43,232 bases of DNA from the NCBI RefSeq assembly GCF_006345805.1, contig NW_021832636.1, positions 1 through 43,232 on the forward strand, written 5' to 3'. Within the stretch, counting starts at the first letter, position 1, and every line of letters begins with the position of its first letter. This stretch comes from Octopus sinensis (Eukaryota). This document shows positions 1 to 11,866 of the stretch, in pieces. The notes under the pieces are model-generated. The model did no database searches and was not told the origin of the DNA. It saw nothing but the letters and a program-made list of their open reading frames with translations. The position numbers and the translations under genes are program-made.

Positions 1-69
1 TGTTAAAGAAAACCATAAGTTGTGCTTGTTTTCAAATTTGAGATTACATAGAAAGTATTTTGCTTTGGA

Positions 70-192
70 TATGGGCAGAATATTTGCTGTAGCCCATCTT
101 TTATACCAAGACAAATCAATGTACCTGATAACACTTCCAATCGGTTAAGATCAGAAGCAACGAGAGCCACTGCCTGGTACTGCATCAGGGCA
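70..192 (+). mobile_element. Fragment of an unclassified repeat abutting an (ATT)n tract; inverted copy at 21374-21505
   Basis: ...GCTGTAGCCCATCTTTTATACCAAGACAAA...CACTGCCTGGTACTGCATCAGGGCA is near-identical to the reverse complement of 21374-21505. Confidence 0.7.
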
Positions 193-210
193 TTATTATT
201 ATTATTATTA

Positions 211-296
<86 letters not shown>

Positions 297-338
297 CAAG
301 TTCGATTCCAAGCAGTGACCTGAATGATGATGATGATA

Positions 339-378
<40 letters not shown>

Positions 379-521
379 TTTAATAATAATTTTAATAATA
401 ATAATAATATAATAATAATAATAATAATAATAATATAATTTTAATAATAATAATAATAAATAATAATAATAATAATAATAATAATATAATAATAATAATA
501 ATAATTTTAATAATTTTAATA

Positions 522-576
<55 letters not shown>

Positions 577-590
577 TATAATAATACAAC
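192..590. repeat. (ATT)n then (AAT)n microsatellites separated by a ~30-bp spacer
   Basis: Direct reading. Confidence 0.95.
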
Positions 591-778
591 AACAACATCG
601 GAATATACCTTAGGAATGAGAACCCAGGATCGAAATTTCCCCAAGACACCTAAAGATAGCTGGAGGGTATTTCAGCCGAAACGTTGTTTTAACAACAAAC
701 AAGATGAGGACAAATATGCGTCGAATATAAAATAATATATATAATGTAAATAATTTCTCCTCTCTTAAATATAGAACT
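293..778 (+). mobile_element. 5'-truncated SINE/retrozyme-like element: B-box remnant, (AAT)n, decayed hammerhead motif
   Basis: GTTCGATTCC at 300-309; GACAC-CTAAAGA-tagctgg..cagcc-GAAA-CGT-T-GTTTT at 645-690. Linking the parts into one element is inferred. Confidence 0.5.
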
Positions 779-1581
779 GGACAATCCGCAATTTGTGTCG
801 GGGCTCACATAAAAGATGAGAAGGAAAAGAGAGGAGGAAGAAATGAGAAATGAACTAAAATTATACATAGTATACAAAATATGTGAGCAAATACACGAAA
901 CAAGAACATCAATAACATGGAGAAGGACAACAATATCAGCAACAACAACGAAAATACCTTTGTAAACAACGATTTGAAATCAGGAAAAAACAAGAATAGA
1001 TCCTTACCTAAGAAGAGAAAGTAATTCTTCATTTCTGGATGAATATACCAACAGACACACCAGGGAACTTTTGAACTTCAAACATTTGTTTATTTCTTCA
1101 AGTGTCAATCATGTAGGAAGCCAGAACAGTCTGAATGTTAATGCTTCAGGTGGAAAAATCTATGAATGTTGTTTATGAAGAAGCTTTTATTTGAGAATTA
1201 TTTGTCTGTGTTCTGATTGAAGTAACAGATTTAGGGGAATTATTATTATTATTTTTTTTTTTTTTTTGCTTTTTGTTTAACCCTTCACAAAGAATATAAA
1301 AGTTATGTTTCAAATAATAAGCTTTGTTGAATTACCACGATTCTCATTCAAGAAAATAACCACCAACTGGCTCGTTTCTTTCCCTGCCAGTGTGTACGAG
1401 TGTAGACATGTACGTATGTATATATGTGTGTATGTATGTATTTATGAATACCTAAAAAATGGTATTGTTTACCGTTCCTAATTCTTTTTAAGGTATTGAA
1501 TACTACTTACTATAATGCTCATGCAAAGTGCCTTATGTTTTATTTGATTTGAACATTATATATACATATATATATGTATAT

Positions 1582-2004
1582 AGGCGCACGAGTGGCTGTG
1601 TGGTAAGTAGCTTGCTAACCAACCACATTGTTCCGGGTTCAGTCCCACTGTGTGGCATCTTGGGCAAGTGTCTTCTGCTATAGCCCCGCGCCGACCAATA
1701 ACTTGTGAGTGGATTTGGTAGACGGAAACTGAAAGAAGCCTATCGTATATATGTATATATATATATATATATATAATATATATATATATATGGGGGGTGG
1801 TTGTGTGTCTGTGTTTGTCACCCTAGCTTTGCTTGACAACCGATGGTGGTGTGTTTACGTCCCCGTCACTTAGCGGTTCGGCAAAAAAGAGACCGATAGA
1901 ATAAGTACTGGGCTTACAAAGAATAAGTCCCAGGGTCGATTTGAACGACTAAAGGCGGTGCTCCAGCATGGCCGCAGTCAAATGACTGAAACAAGTAAAA
2001 GAGT
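1582..2004 (+). mobile_element. tRNA-derived SINE, family A (internal TA/TG microsatellite)
   Basis: A-box TGGCTGTGTGG, B-box GGTTCAGTCCC; near-identical copies at 30707, 31420 and 37639. Confidence 0.9.
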
Positions 2005-2069
2005 ATATATATATACGAAACCAACTGATCACTGTATATGATGATATTCCTATTGCTACTATTAAAATT

Positions 2070-2373
2070 GGAGGTGCAATGGCCTAGTGGTTTGGGCAGC
2101 GGACTCGCGGTCTTAGGATCGCGGTTTCGATTCCCAGACCGGGCGTTGGGAGTGTTTATTGAGCGAAAACACCTGAAGCTCCACGAGGTTCCGGCAGGGG
2201 AGGGGTGATCCCTGCTGTACTCTTTCGCCACAACTTTCTCTGGCTCTTTCTTCTGTTTGTCTGCTCGCTTAGCCAACGGGATGGCGTCATTTGAAGGCTA
2301 AAACAATGCGAAGTGCATTGTGACCAGCGATGTGTAGCAACATCTGATAGCCTGGTCGGTGACAGTGACGGTG
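2070..2373 (+). mobile_element. tRNA-derived SINE, family B, tail type 1
   Basis: Head TGGCCTAGTGG...GGTTTCGATTCCC; 12-bp TSD ACTATTAAAATT (2058-2069 / 2374-2385). Confidence 0.9.
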
Positions 2374-2920
2374 ACTATTAAAATTACTAGAAATTTTTTC
2401 TCTTAAACAATCAGCTCACACACACCTTTACACACACTCTCACACACATTTAATAGCCTTCGCAAAAATCTATAGCTAAAAGCCTTTTCTTCTATCTCGT
2501 TCTTCAATAAGAACCACTGAACAGTCGAACAAAAACCTTGTTTGCTATTTAATGACTAAAAACAACAATTTATTGTAAATGATAGCGTTTGACCTCTTTT
2601 GACATTTCATCAAATCAACAATCCCAGAAAACATCTTTATCTTTTATTTTTTTTTTCTTCCTTTGCAAAACAATCCGCCAAAAATTTCTTATATGCTTTT
2701 TTTTAAAAAATTCACCACACACACATTCACACATATATATGCATTTATATTCAGAATGACAAAGAGCGTCTAAATACACCCCCATCCCCTATGCAACCTT
2801 TTAACAGTCAACAATTCTTGACGAATCACTGAATGGAATGGAAGCGCTCAATAAATAGTACTTATTTAAATTCTGACTTTTATTTTACCAATATATAAAA
2901 CTTGTATAACTCTACGAACA

Positions 2921-2959
<39 letters not shown>

Positions 2960-3049
2960 GTCTGTATATATATATATGGAGGGGGGGGGGATATGTGTGT
3001 TTGTGTGTATAAATATAAATATATATATGCAATATATATATACACATTT

Positions 3050-3205
3050 TTTTTCTCTCTTTGTTTTTTCCGTGTCCCTTTCTGTAAAAGAGCGTAAGCT
3101 CGAAACGTAAAAGACTTTTTCTATTCCTGAGAGATATACTAATACATCTGTTTGTTTGTACACCACCTGTCTTCGTCTTTTGCTTTTTTTTTTCGTAAAC
3201 TCTCG
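3050..3205 (+). mobile_element. TA-microsatellite-embedded element with a hammerhead-like motif (Penelope-type terminus)
   Basis: CTTT-CTGTAAAA-GAGC-GTAA-GCTC-GAAA-CGT-A-AAAG at 3078-3113; related fragment on the minus strand at ~8255-8340. Confidence 0.5.
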
Positions 3206-3206
3206 C

Positions 3207-3241
<35 letters not shown>

Positions 3242-3384
3242 AATTATACGCACTGTTTGTAGAGGTATTCAAGTTTTATATATTGGTTTAATATGTCATC
3301 TATGAATTCTTTCTTGCACGTTGACAAAAGCAGTTTCCAGTCTCACCGTTATATTTTTGTTTGCAATTAAGCCAGATTATGCAT

Positions 3385-3434
<50 letters not shown>

Positions 3435-3435
3435 C

Positions 3436-3730
3436 GTGAGGTTGTGAGCTCGAATCCCGGACCGGGCTGCGTGTTGTGTTCTTGAGCAAGACACTTTATT
3501 TCACGTTGCTCCAGTTCACTCAGCTGTAGAAATGAGTTGCGACGTCACGGGTCCCAAGCTGTGTCGACCCCTTTGCCTTTCCCTTGGATAACACTGGTGG
3601 CGTGGAGAGGGGAGGCCGGTATGCATGGGCGACTGCTGGTTTTCCATAAACCACCTTGCCCAGACTTGTGACTAGGAGGGTAACTTTCTAGGTGCAATCC
3701 CATGGTCAGTGTCGTGACCAAAGGGGGTCC
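3436..3730 (+). mobile_element. 5'-truncated tRNA-derived SINE, family D (CTTGAGCAAGACACTT core), tail type 4
   Basis: B-box GAGCTCGAATCCC; core shared with the 9351 copy. Confidence 0.8.
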
Positions 3731-3754
3731 CGGATATACGGCCATCTGCATATA

Positions 3755-3838
3755 TGAAATAAAGTGTCTTGCACAAGAACACAACACGCAGCCTAGTCCG
3801 GGATTCGAACTCACAACCTCACTGAGCCATGCTCCTTC
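3755..3838 (-). mobile_element. Head-only copy of SINE family D, inverted relative to 3436
   Basis: 64/68 identity to the reverse complement of 3436-3503. Confidence 0.8.
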
Positions 3839-4054
3839 CCGTATGTGTATTTGTGTATAATATATATATATAATTAAAAAATTTTTTTAATGTTTTTTAA
3901 TTTTAACATTTAAAAATTTTAAATTTTAATAATTTAAATTTTAAATTTTATATTTATATATATATCATATTAATTATATTTATTTTTTGTTTTTACGCTT
4001 TGGTTATGTCTATCTCTGTTTGAGTTGCCTAATAGTGGTTTTATCTGTAATTAA

Positions 4055-4105
<51 letters not shown>

Positions 4106-4501
4106 TCGCGCGCGCCCACGTGCCCACGCACACACAGATAGATATAATAGATAGATAGATAGATAGATAGATAGATCAGTACCCTCTTAATTCGGCTATC
4201 GTGTAAACCGGTGAAAATTTTAAGTGAGCGACATCCAGTATCTCTTTTTGTTTTTTTTTTCATTTGCTTATTTTGCTTCCGGGGACAGTTTTTAGGCTTG
4301 AATTCTAAGAGTGCTTGGTGAACGCTCCACTCCCACCATAGGGATGTAAATTTCCCAAATATATATATATAAAGCTCTCTCGGTAATATATTCACGATTC
4401 ATATAAACACAGAAGTGCCAACGAGCTCGCATCTATTTACGTTCACGTTACAATAAACATAACGTCGTACATTTACGTCTGTGTAAAGCTATATATCATA
4501 A

Positions 4502-4895
4502 CTAGCAGTATCGCCCGGCGTTGCTCGGGTTTGTAAGGGAAATAACTATATAAGAATTTTTAGAGAGTTATAGCCAAAAAATAGCAAAAAAATGCATTAA
4601 AAATGGAAAAAAAATTATGGTAATTTTTTTTTAAATCGTTGACTCATCGTAGACATTTTTAGAGAGTTACTTCCCTTATATTAAAAAAAATATGCATTAA
4701 AATGGAAAAAATGATGGTAAATTATTTTTAAAATCGTAGACTCATCGTAGACGCGCGCTAATACCCAGAAGGGCTCGATATGAATCACGACTATAAGATA
4801 CCCGGTTTTGGTTAAACTGCACCGCAAAATGTGGGAGTAGTTAGGAATCTAAATCGGAGTAGACAGACACACAACCTTTCCTTTATATATATAGA
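4502..4895 (-). mobile_element. Non-autonomous Helitron, copy 1
   Basis: On the minus strand starts TC-TATATATATAAAG and ends with hairpin CCCG-AGCAACGC-CGGG then CTAG|T; no TSD. Confidence 0.85.
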
Positions 4896-5394
4896 CTAGC
4901 AGTATCGCCCGGCGTTGCTCGGGTTTGTAAGGGAAATAACTATATAAGCATTTTTAGAGAGTTACTTCCCTTATAAATTCGGGCTTTCTTAGCCATTTTT
5001 GTTTTGGTGTCTTCAAGCCATGAAGTCGTTGTTCTAAAAGAACGCTGTTTCCTTCACAACGCATTACGACGTTGATTTCTTTACACCCTTCCCCACAGCT
5101 TCACGAGGGAGGGAAGGGGGAGAAGCAAACAGGTGCAGCTGTGAGCGTGGACGCCAACTCCGCCGCCATCGACACACGATGCATTTTATGCATTAAAATG
5201 GAATAAAAAATGATGTTAAATTATTTTTAAAATCGTAGACTCATCGTTGACGCGCGCTAATAGTCAGACGGGCTCGATATGAATCACGACTATAAGATAC
5301 CCGAATTTGGTTAAACTGCACCGCAAAATGTGGGAGGAGTTAGGAATCTAAATCGAAGGGGACAGACACACAACCTTTCTTTTATATATATAGA
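4896..5394 (-). mobile_element. Non-autonomous Helitron, copy 2, with an extra internal segment
   Basis: Same TC...hairpin-CTAG termini; ~200 bp (4976-5180) absent from the other copies. Confidence 0.85.
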
Positions 5395-5778
5395 TATGAT
5401 ATGCACGAGTTATTCTGCTCAAGTTCAAAAAATAGCTTCCGTATGGTACAACTAAAAAAAAACGGTATTGTGCATGTAAAGTATCCGCATGTCATTGGTC
5501 TACTGCTAGACACAGGACTTGAACGTAACCTAAAATAGCTAAGATAATGCACGGGACGGCGAGTGCGCGCACCTCAAGAGATAAAGTACACGATAGCGAA
5601 CGTAAACATACGTCAGCCGCTAAAATGTCCGTGATAGATGTAGGGCAGCTCTACGTCGTATATTTACGTTAACCGCGGGTAGGCAAGCAAAAGTGTGATC
5701 GCACATTTGCATCAACCCTTGTCAAAGGGTTAAGGAAACAAACAAGGTTAATTCTCAATAACACCAAGAACTATAAAT

Positions 5779-5853
5779 TTTATCCGGCAATATTGAATTT
5801 ATCCGGCAACATTGGATTTATCCGGCAATATTTATCCGGCAATATTGAATTTA
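5779..5853. repeat. Short tandem array of TTTATCCGGCAA(tattgaa), four cores
   Basis: Direct reading. Confidence 0.85.
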
Positions 5854-5934
5854 GTAAATTTATGGAAGGTACTGTAGAATACCAGAGTACGATTTGAAGG
5901 ATTTGAAGTAAGAGATTAACATTTTATATTTCAG

Positions 5935-6270
5935 ATGGCAGGTGAAGTACATGTCACAAAAGATTACGTCAAGACATGGTTAGAAGATGCAAAAAATCAT
6001 CCTGCATTCCAAACGTTAACAGGTAAAGATATTGTGGACGAAGCTCTCGTTAAAGGTAACAACGTTGGTAAAATGATGGAGATGATGAATCATTACTCAA
6101 TAAATCCGAGCTCTCTCTCTCTCTCTCTTGTACGGAAATCTCTTAATAACGTCATTGGTTCGTACGTCAATTTGTCTACAGAAAGCGACGTTCATTATTA
6201 ATATTTTTAGAGCCTTAAATATCTCATTATCAAGAAACGGCTTCAGGAAACGAGACACAATCTTCAAGTC
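5935..6270 (+). pseudogene. Probable pogo/Tigger (Jerky-like) transposase C-terminal remnant
   Basis: VKTWLEDAKNHPAFQTLTGKDIVDE resembles the WL..D...PGFQ.LTD.EIV motif; in-frame SLKYLIIKKR follows two stops; preceded by acceptor-like TTTCAG. Confidence 0.45.
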
Positions 6271-6569
6271 AATTTGTCACAACACCGATGCCGATGCCGC
6301 TGTTTAGCATATTTATAATAATAACTCATTTATCTACTATAGGACCAGTCGCCCCACCCCCGGTCACCGAAAGACTTCCAGCAGATGATAAAGATTAATG
6401 AGATACCATTGCTCTACTAATTCATCGTTACAACTAATCACACGTACTTCCGGTCCCGACTCTACTACATCAAGCTCATCTATCTTCTGCCACGACTGAA
6501 TGCAATTAAAAAATTTATATTATTAACTTTTACAAATTTTACCGACCGCAATCTTAAATAATTTAATTG

Positions 6570-6618
<49 letters not shown>

Positions 6619-6627
6619 TGATATATA

Positions 6628-7168
6628 AAAAGGTGTACTGAAAAGTTCCTGTTGTTGTTTGTTCCTTCTCGAGCAATCCCTGGCTCATAAGGGCAGGTTT
6701 CCCGGTTTCCTTGGCGTATAGGTTCCCCCCACTGGACGGGACGCCGGTCTGTCGCAGGTGAGCTGCAAGATGCAGGCGGAAAGAGTGAGAGAAAGTTGTG
6801 GCGAAAGAGTCAGCAGAAGTTTCGCCGTTACCTTCTGCTGGGGACGCGTGAAGCTAAGGTGTTTTCGCTCATAAACACACACATCACCCGGTCTGAGATT
6901 CGAACCCGCGATCCCTTGACTGCGAGTCCGCTGCTCTAACCGTTAGGCCATGTGCCTCCACAAAAGTTCCTGGCTTTAAGGGCATCGTAAAAGGCATAGT
7001 TAGAGGCTCAACGTTCCGAGTTCTTTTACAGAGTATACAAAATCTGAACGACCGCTGCAATAAGTGTGTGAATCTAAGGGGAATGTGTTGGATAATATCA
7101 TAATTAATTGAGCCTCCTATATTTTCTGGTACCCAAAGCCAGAAACTTTACAGCACCCCCGCCCCTCG
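6628..7168 (+). mobile_element. Internally deleted mariner (MITE) interrupted by a SINE
   Basis: TIRs GGTGTACTGAAAAGTTCCTGGCTTT / AAAGCCAGAAACTTTACAGCACC; residual C-terminus IQNLNDRCNKCV resembles mariner KL..RW.KC. Confidence 0.65.
6652..6961 (-). mobile_element. SINE family B variant, tail type 3
   Basis: tRNA head with GGTTCGAATCTC; 11-bp TSD AAAAGTTCCTG (6641-6651 / 6962-6972). Confidence 0.9.
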
Positions 7169-7186
7169 TAGATATAGTTTTTAAAA

Positions 7187-7410
7187 GGTGGCGAAATGGC
7201 AGAAACGTTAGTGCGCCAGGCGAAATGCTTAGCAGTATTTCGTCTACCGTTACGTTCTGAGTTTAAATTCCGCCGAGGTCGACTTTGCCTTTTATCCTTT
7301 CGGGGTCGATAAATTAAGTACCAGTTTCGCACTGGGGGTCGATGTAATCGACTTGCTCCCCTTTGTTTGTCCCCTCTATGTTTAGCCCCTTGTGGGTAAT
7401 AAAGAAATAA
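7187..7410 (+). mobile_element. SINE family C (Nin/Deu-like core GCCTTTCATCCTTTCGGGGTCGATAAATTAAGTACC)
   Basis: More than a dozen related copies in the window; B-box-like GAGTTCAAATTCC in the family consensus. Confidence 0.85.
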
Positions 7411-7629
7411 GATATTTTTGAAATTTTCGATAATTTCTTTAATAATGATGGCGTGTTTAAGTTCTCTGCGCAGGATATATATTACCAATATTATATACGC
7501 ATATAATGTATATACTACTATTCGTTAGCTCAGACATTCGGTGAAAACGGGTACTTTTCCTCTATTGATACATGTTTAACAAGACTGTATTCAGAAAAAT
7601 GCACTTGTATATATACATTTTATGTGTAC

Positions 7630-7679
<50 letters not shown>

Positions 7680-8210
7680 TATATATATATGTATGTGTGT
7701 ACATGTGTGTGTAGGTACGTGTGCAAATATTCCTGCATGTACTTATATGTGTATAGAGGCATCTATATACTTACATTTGTACACATGTTATATATATATA
7801 TATATGTATACGCATATATTTACATATATATGCATATATATATATGTGCGTGTGGGTATGCGTGGGTGTATGTGTGTGTGTATGTATGTATCTATATATG
7901 CGTGTGTGTATACATACATTTGAAAGGATTTATTCAAATAACCATTTTACACGTTTCAATAATGGACTTATATGTTTATATAATGAATATCTACTATTTC
8001 TCCAGCAGTTGGAATCTAAATAAATATTAGAAATGAAGTAAAAAAAAAATAGCGTTTGTTATTAGATGCTGAAGAATATATACCATAAGCTTGACACACA
8101 AAAAAAAATTACGCGAAAAATTAGGAAGCGAATATAACTTCAAAAAGGAAATATGAGAGAGAGATAGACAAAAATATTATTTCATATCTACATACATACA
8201 TACACACACA

Positions 8211-8243
<33 letters not shown>

Positions 8244-8374
8244 ATATATAGTTAATCCAAACAATAAAGCACAAAAAAACACAACACGAGGACGTGGAAC
8301 AAATATAGTATTATTGGACGCTCAGGAAAGAAAGAAAGAAATATATATATATATATATACCCACATATCCTTAC

Positions 8375-8431
<57 letters not shown>

Positions 8432-9350
8432 CACAGGCATGCATCTATGTTATATGTATGTATGTATGTATGTATATATGTATGTATGTATGGATGGATG
8501 TATGGATGGATGGATGTATGTATGTATGTATGTATGTATGTATGTATGTGTGTATGCATGCATATGGCCTGATACTAATCTGCTGTTACTTTAATTTGGA
8601 GGTACTTGCAATGGCGCAAGACATTGATTTTACAGTTAAAAATGCGGAGCGTTATTGGTTGCTCTTTGAACCGAAAGAAAAAGTAAGATAAAAATAAAAT
8701 TATGATGCGAAAATTTGTCGAGTCAAAACTTAAATCGATTTTCCGGAACCTGAGTGTGGCTAATATTTAGAGAATTTTACAATCTAAAACTCCACAAGAT
8801 CATCTAGAGTCAAAACTTCGTTTAATCTTTTCCCAGTTTTCCTACATTTTTAGCGGTGTTCACGAATTTTCGCTATTCAGGCTTTTGGTTTTTCCAATTT
8901 TGCTTTTCCAGCTTTCTAACTTCATATCGACATGTACACTGTTTCTAATGTCGTGTCAATAATAAAAAAAATAATAATATAATTTTATCGTCCACGAATT
9001 TTAATTTGACACTTAAAATCTATTTGAAAACATAATCGTTAGCCCGTGATATAAAAGAAGAACGTTTTCGGTTTGAGATAATCGAGTCAATATGAGGAAA
9101 CTGACTGTCAATTCATGCTCAATAGATTTCGTCTGGAAAGAAAGGATTGGATCAATAATAAAGTTGCTACTCTGCGGCATCTTATCCCAAACCAACATGA
9201 AAAATATTTTACTGCCAAAGCATGTGTAAAAGCTAAAGGAATTTCGAGAAGGTTAATTATTTTCACTGCTTGTCATCCAATTTTAGAACAGGTTAAAGGT
9301 TAATTCCCCCAACTAATATCCAGCCTTTGTGTTCTCTATACTTCTACTTC

Positions 9351-9678
9351 GTGAAGGTACGTGGCTTAGTGGTTAGCGTATTCGGCTCCCGATTGTAAGG
9401 TCGTGAGCTCGATTTCCGGCGATGCGCTGTGTTCTTGAGCAAGACACTTTATTTCACGTTGCTCTAGTCCAGTCAACTGCCAAAAATGTGTAGTGCCTGT
9501 ATTGCAAAGGGCCAGTCCTGTGACATTCTGTGTCACGCTGAAAATCCCTCAGAACTACGTTAAGGCCACGCCTGTCTGTGGAGTGCTCGGCCACTTGCAC
9601 GTTAATTTCACGAGCAAGTTGTTCTGCTGATTGGATCAACTGGAACGCTCGTCGTCTTAACCGACGGAGTGCATTTTT
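9351..9678 (+). mobile_element. SINE family D head with tail type 2
   Basis: A-box TGGCTTAGTGG; TSD TATACTTCT(A/G)CTTC (9337-9350 / 9679-9692); tail shared with the 25181 copy. Confidence 0.85.
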
Positions 9679-9916
9679 TATACTTCTGCTTCTTTGTAAA
9701 GCTTCTCTGTTCGCATTTTGCTGGTCGTAAGAACTAAATGAATTTGCGCCGCCGCCCAGTAGCCCAGGGTAGCATAGAAACACTCCCGGAGTTACTGTGA
9801 TCCCAAATATGTACCATTTGCATGGAAGGACCCCCAAGAGACTTAGTCAAAAAACCAGGAAGCCATGTAAACATGCACAACATTTCGCATTGATTAGGAT
9901 AGATTATATTGTTTTC

Positions 9917-10147
9917 TGCGGCGGGCTGGCAGAAACGTTAGCGCGCCGGGCGAAATGCTTAGCGGTATTTCGTCTGTCGTTTTGTTCTGATTTCAAATTC
10001 CGTCATGGTCGACTTTGCCTTTCATACTTTCGGGGTCGATAAATAAAGTACCAGTTTCGCACTGGGGTCGATGTAATCGACTTAATCCCTTTGTCTGTCT
10101 TTGTTTGTCCCCTCTATGTTTAGCCCCTTGTGGGCAATAAAGAAATA
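9917..10147 (+). mobile_element. SINE family C
   Basis: TSD TATATTGTTTTC (9905-9916 / 10148-10159). Confidence 0.9.
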
Positions 10148-11549
10148 TATATTGTTTTCATTCTCCATCAAAGCTTACTCGTTGCTGACTATGAAGATGT
10201 TTTACTTAACAATTTTTGCTTTAATATTTCCTTTTGCATGTTTCTTATTCTTTATTATGTTTTACTTCTTCACTCAATGTTGTATGTACTTCATTCTTTT
10301 ATTCAATAAAGAGAAATATTATTGTTTTGCTCTGTTTCTATTTCTTTATCAAATAAATCAGTCTGGCTATGATTTTGCTTCTAATATTTTTTGAAGACGA
10401 ACTCGTTACCTCTTATTGCTTCTCCATTTGTATCGAGACTGTTGCTCTATGTGTGTGTGTGGGGGGGGGTTAACTGTATTTCCTCTTTATCAGATCAGAG
10501 CATTAAGTAGCGAGTAGTTTTGTACATCCCCCTCACTGTCAAGCTTCATCGGATCACTCAGCTTCCAATTTATCATGCTGAAAATACAGTTCATGATACC
10601 TGGTTGACTAATTTATTTATACCTATTATCTTATTTCTGACATTGAGTTCAGTATTAAGTATTAATCTGATTTTGTAGTAAAGGTCGAGATACATATCTT
10701 CATCTCTACATATGTATCCTTACCATCAGCTTCATCTACTTCTACTTAAGAGACTCGTATGAGTGGTTCTCCTTAAAACAGCCATTCTTAAAAAACGCTT
10801 ATAATAGTTTTCGTTATCTTTTAGCCATAGCACGACCTTGGTATCTATCAGACCTATGACAGGCAACATTGAAGTCTTTTCGGGAGCATATAGATCTACT
10901 GAATCTAATGTGTCCTTTCAGACAGTATGAAGTATTTCGACAGAGATTTTTACTGTTATTTTCGGTAGGTAGCGCGGTTTTACAGTGAAAAGGATAAGGG
11001 CGAAGTTCATATCTTGACTTCTTTCTTTTTCTTTTTTTTAGTGTATCATGGACATTCTTAATATTTAATTCTTTATTTAATGCCATAATGTGTGTGTGTG
11101 TGTGTGTGTGTGTGCGTGGTTTGCGGACAGTTTGACAGTGCAGTTGTTCGACTGCCCTGCGGTTTCCCCTTTGGCAAAAAATGGATAGTGATTTTCCTTC
11201 TCTCTACATTACATCACTGCTGATATTCTGTACATTTGTCACAGAGCATATTATGTGACATCTCTGCAAATAACCTGTAATGTGGTGAACTGTTGGAGAA
11301 TATTTCTCTGGTTGCAAAGTTCAACGCCCGCTTAGATTTACCAATAGTTGCTCTTTATAGCCATGCATTCCTTGATATATTATATATATAAATATCTGTT
11401 CATTCTCTCCTTCTCCAAGGACATCTTTCCGCAGCTGTTAAGATATCGTTAAGTAAAATAGATTAAGTTCTATGTGCAGAACGATGCTTGTGTAGCGGGC
11501 TCTATGTGAAGTAAGCTGCAAATACGATGGTTTGCAAAGGAAATAGACA

Positions 11550-11654
11550 GCAAGTGCATTGGACTGCAAGTGCATTGGACTGCAAGTGCATTGGACTGCA
11601 AGTGCATTGGACTGCAAGTGCATTGGACTGCAAGTGCATTGGACTGCAAGTGCA
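11550..11654. repeat. Perfect 16-bp minisatellite GCAAGTGCATTGGACT x6.5
   Basis: Six identical units plus 9 bp; no spacers. Confidence 0.95.
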
Positions 11655-11866
11655 GTATCCTGTAAGTTTAAAGGCTTGCAGAGTTTCTTGCCAAATACAG
11701 TAGTTGTTGTTGTTAATTAACACCGGGTCAATCCGGTCTGAGCATACATATGATCAGAAGAGTAACAGCCGTGATCCTCACGTATTTGGATTTTCTATAT
11801 GCAAATGACCTAACACCACGTTATCTAACGTATCTTCACTAAGATGGTATGGTATGATTTAAGGAA

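Larger units (their letters stand above)
4177..5874. mobile_element. Possible Tigger/pogo-type non-autonomous element hosting the Helitron dimer
   Basis: Ends CAGTACCCTC / GAAGGTACTG+TA (9/10 inverted match); subterminal TTTATCCGGCAA repeats at 5779-5853; no left TA TSD. Confidence 0.3.

Noticed and set aside
5715-5733. piggyBac right end AAGGG-TTAA
   Set aside because: No convincing matching left end nearby.
11550-11654. CRISPR-like array
   Set aside because: Contiguous 16-bp units without spacers, no cas genes, eukaryotic context.
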